Program-made: the position numbers and the translations under genes
Assembly (NCBI GenBank): GCA_964559985.1
Contig: CAZLJX010000003.1
Location: 16,450-80,449, forward strand
DNA from: an uncultured Bacteroidales bacterium
GTDB lineage: Bacteria > Bacteroidota > Bacteroidia > Bacteroidales > CAZLJX01
DNA length: 64,000 nt
Reading direction: 5' to 3'
The notes under the pieces: generated by a model
What the model saw: only the letters and a program-made list of their open reading frames with translations
Database searches by the model: none
Told to the model about the DNA's origin: nothing
Shown here: positions 40,252 to 48,585 of the stretch, piece by piece
Numbering within the stretch: the stretch's first letter is position 1
Layout: every line of letters begins with the position of its first letter

Positions 40252-41709
40252 TTAAATATTTTGATGGTTTTTTAATTCGATATAATCATGTATAAATGCA
40301 GCAAGCAGCCTTACTCCCGAACCGGTGCCTCCTTTACCGCGATAAGAATCTGTTTTGGTAATGAAAGCAGTTCCGGCTATATCCAGATGAATAAAAGGCG
40401 AAGTAGCAAATTTTCCAAGAAATTTCCCAGCTGTAATTGCTCCGGCTTCTTTTCCACCTACATTTTTCAAATCAGCAATATCCGATTTGAGGTATTCCCC
40501 ATATTCTTCCCAGAAAGGAAATTCAACAAGCCGCTCATGGGTTTTTTCGCCTGCTGCAAAAAGGGCATTTTTCCATATTTCTTCTATATTTCCCATAGCC
40601 GCAATAGCATGACTGCCTAATGCTGCTGCTGCCGAACCGGTTAGGGTTGACATTTCAATGATAAACTCAGGATGATATTTTGCAGCATAACTCAAAGCAT
40701 CGGCAAGGATAAGCCTTCCCTCGGCATCGGTATTCAACACTTCAACAAACAGCCCGTTGTGCATTTTTATTACATCTCCCGGCACGTATGCTGTGCGGCC
40801 CGGCAAATTATCTGTTACGGGAATCAATCCGACAACATGTACCGGCAGGTTCATTGATGCGATATACAACAAAGTGCAGGCTACGGCAGCACCACCAGCC
40901 ATATCGCTCTTCATACAATCCATACTGTCTTTCGTTGGTTTAAGGCTAAAGCCACCGCTGTCAAAAACAATGCCTTTGCCGACCAATACAACTGGTTGGT
41001 TGTTTATAGCTCCTTCCGGTTTCCATTCCATGATGGCAAAAGCCGGAGGTTGGCTGCTGCCACGGTTTACCGCAAGTAAACCATTCATGCCGTTTTCTTC
41101 AATCTGCGCTTTATCAAGAATTTCAATTTTAAGCCTGCATCGATCAGCATTTTTTTTCATTTCCCTGATAAACACCTCAGTACCAAAAGATGAATAAGGC
41201 TCGTTCACCCAGTTACGACATAAAAAAACCATATCCACAAGACAGCTGAGTTGTTTAATTTCATAATCAGTGATCTTTTCAGAAAATATTTCAATGGTAC
41301 TAAGGGTATGGTTTTCTTTCTTAGCCTGGTAATTGATAAATTGATAGGCACTTAACGCAAGACCCTCGGTAAAAGCAATAAGTTGTTGGTTATTACAGGG
41401 GCATTGATCGCTGATCGCAATCATGGTTTGTTTATTATTCTGCAAATGCAGCGCAATTTTTGCAGCTGTTTTCCGCAGTTTTTCCAAAAAACCGGATGAT
41501 AAGGACTTATCGGGGATCACTACAAAATATAAAAACCTGGTGTACTGATTAATAAACACAAAATCCTCTTCCTTTACAAAACATTCTGAAATATAGCTGA
41601 TTTCTGGTTCACCCAACCCGAAAACAGAAAAACCGGTGGTTTCAGGAACGAGAAAAATGGTATTATTTTTCGCATTTATAACATCTATTTTGTTAATAGT
41701 CAATTTCAT
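40252..41709 (-). CDS. pepA: leucyl aminopeptidase (M17 family)
   Basis: 485 aa. VGKGIVFDSGGFSLKP, MKSDMAGGAAV, and the M17 signature NTDAEGRLILADAL. Confidence 0.9.
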   Translation of the reverse strand: MKLTINKIDVINAKNNTIFLVPETTGFSVFGLGEPEISYISECFVKEEDFVFINQYTRFLYFVVIPDKSLSSGFLEKLRKTAAKIALHLQNNKQTMIAISDQCPCNNQQLIAFTEGLALSAYQFINYQAKKENHTLSTIEIFSEKITDYEIKQLSCLVDMVFLCRNWVNEPYSSFGTEVFIREMKKNADRCRLKIEILDKAQIEENGMNGLLAVNRGSSQPPAFAIMEWKPEGAINNQPVVLVGKGIVFDSGGFSLKPTKDSMDCMKSDMAGGAAVACTLLYIASMNLPVHVVGLIPVTDNLPGRTAYVPGDVIKMHNGLFVEVLNTDAEGRLILADALSYAAKYHPEFIIEMSTLTGSAAAALGSHAIAAMGNIEEIWKNALFAAGEKTHERLVEFPFWEEYGEYLKSDIADLKNVGGKEAGAITAGKFLGKFATSPFIHLDIAGTAFITKTDSYRGKGGTGSGVRLLAAFIHDYIELKNHQNI

Positions 41710-41896
41710 AAAAAAATAATTACCATTTGGGTAAAACGGGTAAATTTAACCTAAATTATGTAAACGCCAATAAATGATGCTGGAAACAAAGCTACTCGTA
41801 TCGATTACTTACAAAAATTTTATCAAAATCAGGAAGAAAAATTGTTATATTTAGATGCCAGATATTAAAATATAATAATACCAACACACTAACAGA

Positions 41897-43192
41897 TTAA
41901 TATTTAAAACCTACTACCAGCATATCGTCAATTTGCGGGCTGGTGCCTTTCCAATTATCCATCCGTTGGACTATTTCGGCAAGCTGTTTATTCATAGGCA
42001 TCTGATTTATTTCTTTGAAAACCTCAAGCAGCTGTTTTTTCAGAAATTTCCGGTCACTGTTGTGTTTAAACTGATCGACATAACCATCGGAAAACATATA
42101 TACGCAATTGCCTTTTGACAGTTTAAAAGAAATTTCTGAAAATTCACTGTTTATCGGGTAATGCCCTACCGGCATGCGATCGCCTTTATATTCAATGGGA
42201 TTCGACCCGCCATCAAGCACAATAAGCGGATGATAAGCTCCTGAATAGCGTGATTCGCCTGTTTTTATATTGATAAGGCAAAGGGCAATATTCATACCGT
42301 CTTTGGGCTCGTTGCCGGTTTGTCCTTTGTGCAAGGCTTCCAGCAGGTTTTCTCTCAGCCTGGTAAGAATGATATTAACCGGCAGTGTAGAATCAATGGT
42401 TGTAATTTCATTCAATAGTGTAACCCCCAGAATACTCATAAAAGCTCCAGGAACACCATGACCTGTACAATCGGCTACAGCCAGCAGGACAAAGTCCTCA
42501 AAACCCCGCAACCAGAAAAAATCGCCACTGACAATATCACGGGGCCGGTTATACACAAATGATTCAGGAAAGTATTCAGCCAGTGCATGTTCCGATGAAA
42601 GCAATGCTTTTTGTATGTTTTTTGCGTAATACAGGCTATCGGTGATATCTTTGTTTTTTTGTTCGAGTTCAAGGTTTTTTTGCTGCAGTAATTGGTTTTT
42701 CTCGTGAATTTCGCGGGTACGTTCTTCCACTTTTTTCTCCAGGCCGGCATTCAGTTCTTTAAGCTGGGCATTCTGAATTTCGAGCTGTTTGTCCTGGAAA
42801 TAACTCCTTATGGCTTCGGTAACTGTCATTGCAAGATCGTTGGGTTCCCATGGTTTTGCAATATAACGGTACAGGTTGGCATTATTGATTGAATTGGTAA
42901 CCCCTTCCATGGTTGCCTGTCCGGTAAGCAATATTTTTAAAGTTTTTGGTGATATCTGGTGTATATTACCCAACAGCTCATCACCTTTAATCAGTGGCAT
43001 CACATAATCTGAAATTACTACCGGAACCTCGTCTTTTTCAGTCAGCAGATCGTTGATCAGGTCTAAAGCATCGGTCGCATTTTCGGCTGTTTCAATCCGG
43101 TATTCTTTGCCAAATTTGTCCTTCAGTTCTGTTTTCAGGCTGTCGAGAACCATTTTCTCGTCATCGACACATAAGATGTATGCTTTATTCAT
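41897..43192 (-). CDS. response regulator with PP2C/SpoIIE-type serine phosphatase output (RsbU-like)
   Basis: 431 aa. REC (ILCVDDEKMVLDSL...VISDYVMP...KPW), coiled coil, then PP2C-like VSGDFFW...VADCTGHGVPGAFMS...MFSDGYVDQ...DDMLVVGFKY. Confidence 0.85.
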   Translation of the reverse strand: MNKAYILCVDDEKMVLDSLKTELKDKFGKEYRIETAENATDALDLINDLLTEKDEVPVVISDYVMPLIKGDELLGNIHQISPKTLKILLTGQATMEGVTNSINNANLYRYIAKPWEPNDLAMTVTEAIRSYFQDKQLEIQNAQLKELNAGLEKKVEERTREIHEKNQLLQQKNLELEQKNKDITDSLYYAKNIQKALLSSEHALAEYFPESFVYNRPRDIVSGDFFWLRGFEDFVLLAVADCTGHGVPGAFMSILGVTLLNEITTIDSTLPVNIILTRLRENLLEALHKGQTGNEPKDGMNIALCLINIKTGESRYSGAYHPLIVLDGGSNPIEYKGDRMPVGHYPINSEFSEISFKLSKGNCVYMFSDGYVDQFKHNSDRKFLKKQLLEVFKEINQMPMNKQLAEIVQRMDNWKGTSPQIDDMLVVGFKY

Positions 43193-43599
43193 TATTCATT
43201 CATTTCAAGTATTACTAATCCGTTTTTAATGGTGTCAACGAGTTCATCTTCTGTCCAGGGTTTATGAAGACATCGAAGCAGATTGGCATTTTTTTCGGCA
43301 CGTTCAATGGCTTCTTTATCGGCCTGACCGGTAAGCATAATTTTTACAATTCCCGGGTATTTTCTGTGCACTTCAATCAGAAACTCATCGCCTTTTATTT
43401 TAGGCATCAACCAGTCAGATACAATGATAATAATGGCTGAGCCCTGCTCTGCAAGCTCATCAATAATATCGAGAGCGTCGGTGGCATTTTCGGCAGTTTC
43501 GTAGCCGAACTGCGAGCCGAATTTATCTTTCAGTTGTGCTTTCAGGCTATCGAGAATCATTTTCTCATCGTCAACACATAAAATCACTTTATTGCTCAT
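43192..43599 (-). CDS. stand-alone REC protein, close paralog of the REC domain of the next gene
   Basis: 135 aa. VILCVDDEKMILDSLKAQLKDKFG...ETAENATDALD...VSDWLMPKIKGDE...HKPW aligns almost position for position with the N-terminus of the REC-PP2C protein. Confidence 0.85.
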   Translation of the reverse strand: MSNKVILCVDDEKMILDSLKAQLKDKFGSQFGYETAENATDALDIIDELAEQGSAIIIIVSDWLMPKIKGDEFLIEVHRKYPGIVKIMLTGQADKEAIERAEKNANLLRCLHKPWTEDELVDTIKNGLVILEMNE

Positions 43600-43611
43600 A
43601 TTTTTTCAAAT

Positions 43612-45336
43612 TCAATTGATTGGTAAAAAAATACTGAAAGTAGTTTTGCCGGGTTCACTTTCAACCTCAATTTTCCCGTTATGCTTATCAATAATGCGCT
43701 TTACAATATCAAGGCCAAGGCCGCTACCCTCTCCTGCCGGTTTGGTGGTAAAGAAAGGCTGGAAAATTTTTTCTTTAATTTCAGGAGGTATTCCACTTCC
43801 ACTGTCGGTCATATCAATTCTTACATATCCGTTCTGCTGCGAAACACCTATAATAAGTTTCCCTTTGTGTTTCATGGCCTGAAGTGCGTTATGGATAATA
43901 TTGGTCCAAACCTGGTTCAGTTCATCGGGGAAACATAAAATCTGTGGAATTTCGCTGAATTTGCGTGTAACATCAACACCTTGTTTTATCTGGTTGTGAT
44001 ACAGGGTTAAAACCGTTTCGATTCCATCAACAATATTGGCTTTGATCATTTCGCCCGATTGATCGATGTGAGCAAAATTTTTCAGTGCAAATACCACTTT
44101 CGAAGCCCTTTCGGTCGCTGTATTGATATTTTGTGTACTCCGCTGCATGCCGGTAAGTTTATATGCCATTTTCAGAATGGTTTCAGAGTTTGGATCGCGA
44201 AAAAGGGGCAAAAAAGGATCTAAACCAGCATAAATACCCATGTCAACCAACGTATCGGCAATGCTGTCGGTATTTTCTATTTGTTTATCTTCGAGGTAAT
44301 TACGTATTTCACGTTTAATGCTTCTTTCTTCTTTTGAAGTAATGATATTCTGGTTAAGAAGTGCTGCATCAACAAGTTTAAAAAACAAAGACCGCTGATC
44401 TTCGGCAAGTGATTGTATAAACGGCGGTAAATCTGACATCAGCGGTTTTAAGGTATTGGCAATATTCCCGACCGATGACCTGATGGCACCCAGTGGCGTA
44501 TTAATTTCATGCGCTACACCCGCTATCAACTGCCCGAGAGCAGCCATTTTCTCTGATTCAATGAGTTTTCCCTGAGTACGTTTCAGGTCATCAAGGGCAT
44601 TGGTAAGTTCCACAGTACGTTGCGTCAGCGATGCTTCCCTGATTTGTATCTGCTCAAGCATGTAATTATATTCATCAACAAGGCTGCCTATTTCATCGTT
44701 GCCAATTTTATGCACCCTGACACCATAATTGGCATCTTTTGAAATCCGTTTGGTGGTTTCGGTCAGAAAAAGCAAAGGCCGCGACAATATCCGCTGCAAA
44801 CGTAAAGCCAGGAAGTAAGTAGCAACCAAAACCCCGAGAACAATGATTAAAATGCTAACCACATAATTGGTAATTTTTTCTGTCAGCATTTCTGTTGACA
44901 CCTTAAGATAGATGGATCCGATTACTTTATCCTCGTAATGGACAGGTTCAAACACATGCAAAAAACTACCTTCAAACCGGTAATATGTTTTTTCTGCAGG
45001 ATGTGGTGCCAGGATTGTATCGTTGGGGTTTTTAAAATAACTCGAAAATACGGTATTATTTTCGGTATAAACCACTCCTGCAATCACAGTAGGAATTGCT
45101 TTAAGGTTTTTCAGCGTTTCATCGGCACTTTCCTGTGCATCAAAAGCAAGTGGTACACTACAGTTTTCGGCTACAAGCCTTGCATTTACCACCGCATTGT
45201 TGATCATTTCTTTCTTCAGATCGGAAATATCTTTGATAATCACAATGGTAATTGCCAACAGCAGCGAAAACAGCGATACGGCAAGAATAATCAGTATCAG
45301 CTTATATTTAATGGATAAATTTTTAAAAAAGCCCAT
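43612..45336 (-). CDS. membrane sensor histidine kinase (2 TM, ~130-aa outside loop, HAMP, HisKA, HATPase)
   Basis: 574 aa. TM1 LILIILAVSLFSLLLAITIVII, TM2 VVSILIIVLGVLVATYFLAL, HAMP-like segment (GNDEIGSLVDEYNYMLEQI), H-box IAGVAHEINTPLGAI, N-box NIIHNALQAM, G-boxes DSGSGIP and GEGSGLGL. Confidence 0.85.
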   Translation of the reverse strand: MGFFKNLSIKYKLILIILAVSLFSLLLAITIVIIKDISDLKKEMINNAVVNARLVAENCSVPLAFDAQESADETLKNLKAIPTVIAGVVYTENNTVFSSYFKNPNDTILAPHPAEKTYYRFEGSFLHVFEPVHYEDKVIGSIYLKVSTEMLTEKITNYVVSILIIVLGVLVATYFLALRLQRILSRPLLFLTETTKRISKDANYGVRVHKIGNDEIGSLVDEYNYMLEQIQIREASLTQRTVELTNALDDLKRTQGKLIESEKMAALGQLIAGVAHEINTPLGAIRSSVGNIANTLKPLMSDLPPFIQSLAEDQRSLFFKLVDAALLNQNIITSKEERSIKREIRNYLEDKQIENTDSIADTLVDMGIYAGLDPFLPLFRDPNSETILKMAYKLTGMQRSTQNINTATERASKVVFALKNFAHIDQSGEMIKANIVDGIETVLTLYHNQIKQGVDVTRKFSEIPQILCFPDELNQVWTNIIHNALQAMKHKGKLIIGVSQQNGYVRIDMTDSGSGIPPEIKEKIFQPFFTTKPAGEGSGLGLDIVKRIIDKHNGKIEVESEPGKTTFSIFLPIN

Positions 45337-45346
45337 AATCCCAGGA

Positions 45347-47701
45347 TTAGAAATTATATGAAATACCTGTCATATAGATTGATCCGATATTATCGGCAAA
45401 GCCAAATTCGCGATGTTTCCCGAAAAGGTTCCGGGCCGACAGGTAAACCTGGAGTTTCGATCTGAACAGGTAAGTTATTTTTGTATTTAAAATAAAATAA
45501 GCATCAATTTTATGTGTAAAATGGCCATAATTACCGGTACGGTCAGCGGCAAAATTTTCATAGCTGAGCCCGGTATATACCTGCGAAGAATAATAATAAC
45601 CATTGAGATTGAAATTCCACCTCTCGCCTGGGGCATAATTGATTTCGACACCTCCAAAACACGAAGGGGTTGATTTTGTACTATACTGTGTGGGATTAAT
45701 CTTTACCCTTTCATACATATGCAAAATATGGTTAAGTGTATCGTTTACCAACAAACCTAATGACTCAAGGGTATCAAAATTGACTGATGTTTCACCTTTA
45801 AGAGTGGTTTTCTGAATTGTAGCGAATAATTTCATTTTCAAATTATTACCCAATTTAATACTGAATGTCGGTGTCAGGCCAAACTGAATGGCAGTAAGGT
45901 CGTAATTATCGAATACAATATTCACTTTTGCTGTGGCATCCTGGATAGAATCAATGGTAATACTTGGAAAAACACCGGTATATTTAACATTTGGATACAG
46001 GTCGCGGTATACCATAGTACCTATAAAATTTGTCAACCGATTTGCAAATGCCTCAACATCAATATCTGCGCTGGACGATAATTTACTTCTCCATCCAAGT
46101 TCAATGGTCTGATTGGTCAGGTATTTGATATTGGGTTCGGTGCCCCAGTTGGTATTGGCATATATATTGGTCACATCCTGATTACCAAACGCCGAAAAAC
46201 TCAATGGCCAGATAATACGGCAGTTCATATTGGCATAGGTATCGAGCAGGAACGGAGCGCGGTTTGCCCTTGAATGCACAGCACGCAGCATGTTGTTTTT
46301 ATTGAGGCGGTAAGTGGCTCCAATTTCGTAATTAAACGACAGGTTATCATTAATACTGAAAATATCAAATCTCAAACCTGAAATCAACCTGAGTTTCATG
46401 GTAGGTCTCCATTCGGCAAGCATTGATAATGCAGGCATAAACATTCCACGGGGCTTATCGCCATAACGGTCGCGAAACGACCCCATATATAACTGCCTGT
46501 CTTTCATCAATCCTGAATTGTTGGCGTAGGTCTGGCGGATATTGAAGCCCGGCCTCAGCGAAAATTTTTCTTTCGAAAAATCGTATTCCATATTGACATC
46601 GGCAATATTGCACCTGTCAGAATGAAACGGGAATACTCCGTTACGCTCATCAAATGAGTACGAAAACTGAGAATAGAAATTACCTGTTTTAAATCGGGCA
46701 TTTACATAATATCCCCATGAATCGAGCTGGGCAATTGAGGTAGAAAAAGCGGAGAAATAAGGTTTCTGGTTTAGCGTGGTTTGATAACCGGTTGAAACAT
46801 TCAGGCTTGTTTTTTCCGAAATATTGTAATCTAAAAATGCATTTACACCAAAATGCTCCAGTGAAACATTTCTTTGTTTATAACCTCCATTAAATTCATC
46901 GAAAGTAACAAAAACCGGATCGAGCGAATCACGGTAAATACGCAACATCATGCTGATGGAGTCAAAATCGGTATATTTCATTTTGGCCCAGTCGTAATAT
47001 TGCTCATCCCACCGTTCCCTGTGGCGGTAATTCCCCGTTACAGAGATTTTTATTTTATCCTCGTGGTTATACCCATACCCTGCATTGATGACAGTGGTAT
47101 TATTGCTGCCATACTGCCCGTTAAATGAAACATTTGATCCGTATTCCTTGGCATGGGATGTGATAATATTTATTACCCCTGAAGCAGCATTTGGCCCATA
47201 TAAAGCCGAAGCAGGCCCACGCACTACTTCTATCCGTTCCACATCGTCGATATCAACCGGAAAAGCTTCCCAATATGTTCCACCCGAGTAATAACTGTAA
47301 ACAATGCGGTTATCAATCATTACCAGGATGATATTATTGTATGGCACAGCGATATAAGAATTTCTGAGTACATCATCAAACCCACGGATATGCACATCAT
47401 AATTGCCGGGTGTCATTTCACGTACAATCAAACCGGGAGCCAGCCTGAGTGCTTCAGGGATACTGGTTGCCCCTGATTTAATAATTTCCTGCTTCTTGAT
47501 GATGGTAACCGAAAGCGGAGCTTCAAACAAATCTTCAGGTTTTTTCGATGCAGAAACAATGACATCCACATCGAGCAATTCATCGAGCGACATTATATCA
47601 TAAACGCTTTCCTGCGCCCAGGACCAACCTCCGAAAAGGAAAACAATCAGTATAAAAAGCAGCCGTTTATTCATTTCCTGGTTATTTATATACTTTGGCA
47701 A
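45347..47701 (-). CDS. TonB-dependent receptor-like outer-membrane barrel
   Basis: 784 aa. Signal peptide, plug-like EAPLSVTIIKKQEIIKSGATSIPEALRLAPGLIV...IRGF and VERIEVVRGPASALYGPNAASGVINIIT, C-terminal aromatic ISYNF. An alternative start MNKRLLF (47674) would remove the 20-nt overlap with the upstream gene. Confidence 0.8.
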   Translation of the reverse strand: MPKYINNQEMNKRLLFILIVFLFGGWSWAQESVYDIMSLDELLDVDVIVSASKKPEDLFEAPLSVTIIKKQEIIKSGATSIPEALRLAPGLIVREMTPGNYDVHIRGFDDVLRNSYIAVPYNNIILVMIDNRIVYSYYSGGTYWEAFPVDIDDVERIEVVRGPASALYGPNAASGVINIITSHAKEYGSNVSFNGQYGSNNTTVINAGYGYNHEDKIKISVTGNYRHRERWDEQYYDWAKMKYTDFDSISMMLRIYRDSLDPVFVTFDEFNGGYKQRNVSLEHFGVNAFLDYNISEKTSLNVSTGYQTTLNQKPYFSAFSTSIAQLDSWGYYVNARFKTGNFYSQFSYSFDERNGVFPFHSDRCNIADVNMEYDFSKEKFSLRPGFNIRQTYANNSGLMKDRQLYMGSFRDRYGDKPRGMFMPALSMLAEWRPTMKLRLISGLRFDIFSINDNLSFNYEIGATYRLNKNNMLRAVHSRANRAPFLLDTYANMNCRIIWPLSFSAFGNQDVTNIYANTNWGTEPNIKYLTNQTIELGWRSKLSSSADIDVEAFANRLTNFIGTMVYRDLYPNVKYTGVFPSITIDSIQDATAKVNIVFDNYDLTAIQFGLTPTFSIKLGNNLKMKLFATIQKTTLKGETSVNFDTLESLGLLVNDTLNHILHMYERVKINPTQYSTKSTPSCFGGVEINYAPGERWNFNLNGYYYSSQVYTGLSYENFAADRTGNYGHFTHKIDAYFILNTKITYLFRSKLQVYLSARNLFGKHREFGFADNIGSIYMTGISYNF

Positions 47702-48233
47702 TCCGGAGTATATCTGCTGCCAGAATGCGTTCTTCGGTTTTCAATGATGTCATATTGACAAATATTTTGGGTTTGTCGTTTTGCAGCCCGAATCCGATGG
47801 ATACATCACCACTTTCGACATATTTTGATAATCCTGTAATAGTTAGTATTTTTCTTGCTTTAACAATGCTTACCGATGATTGTACGCCCGGCATAATATA
47901 GGCCAGATCACAACCATCAAGGTTACCTTCAAGTTCAGTTACCAGTACTGCACGAATCTTATAACTTGCCGGAAGTTGTGAAATGAGTTCGTTTTTAAAG
48001 ATTTTGGTTTCATTATCATAAATGATCAGCATCACAATATCGGTGCGGTTACCAATGGCATTGTCAAATTTAATTACCTTTTGAATCAGGGCTGCCTGAA
48101 TGGCAATTGGAACCTGCAACCCCTGCCCGGAAATTTGTCCAGGAATAATAAACAAAAAGGCAATGAATACCAGCCTTTGGCAATAATGCCGGCAAAATTC
48201 TGCAATATAACTGATATATTTGCCTTTTCTCAT
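47682..48233 (-). CDS. YfiR-family (DUF4154) periplasmic protein
   Basis: 183 aa with an N-terminal hydrophobic leader. The segment ...GCDLAYIMPG...KILTITGLSKYVESGDVSIGFGLQNDKPKIFVNMTSLKTEERILAADILRIAKV follows the DUF4154 pattern (C-x-hydrophobic run, TVSD-like, G-x-I-x-F, R/K-hydrophobic-x-F-x-hydrophobic-N, S-x-x-L-L-R-L-A). Confidence 0.7.
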   Translation of the reverse strand: MRKGKYISYIAEFCRHYCQRLVFIAFLFIIPGQISGQGLQVPIAIQAALIQKVIKFDNAIGNRTDIVMLIIYDNETKIFKNELISQLPASYKIRAVLVTELEGNLDGCDLAYIMPGVQSSVSIVKARKILTITGLSKYVESGDVSIGFGLQNDKPKIFVNMTSLKTEERILAADILRIAKVYK

Positions 48234-48299
48234 CTTATATGCCTGATAGCTCTATTTTGATCTTCTTATTTACGGTTAATATTTCCGGTTTAGGTTTAA

Positions 48300-48328
48300 C
48301 AAAAATAACATTTTTTTTTTCTTTTCAA
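48300..48328 (-). promoter_or_regulatory. candidate promoter of the yfiR-like operon
   Basis: On the - strand, TATTTTTG (complement of 48300-48307) lies 67 nt upstream of the start, with TTG (complement of 48326-48328) 18 nt further upstream. That spacing is slightly short of the usual 19-21 nt. Confidence 0.3.
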
Positions 48329-48585
48329 TGAAAAATTGTGTTTGTATAAAAAATAAGATTATTCTCTGATCCTTTAAACATTGAATGTTTTTTCAGACTA
48401 AATACAATGATACAATTTACTAAACTTACAAAAGACAGAAACAAAATGAATGGTTTTTAAGTTAAAGAAATGGTTGCTGTTGAATGAAAAAAATGAAGTT
48501 CATTAAACTATTTTAAATTTACAGTATCAAATTAACAATTTATTTCAAAATAATATAGTTTTATCAACAAGATAATGTTTTTACA

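Noticed and set aside
48234-48585. Riboswitch (for example cobalamin or TPP) upstream of the TonB-dependent receptor at 48586
   Set aside because: The region is uniformly AT-rich, with no GC-rich paired elements or conserved riboswitch boxes that I can recognise.
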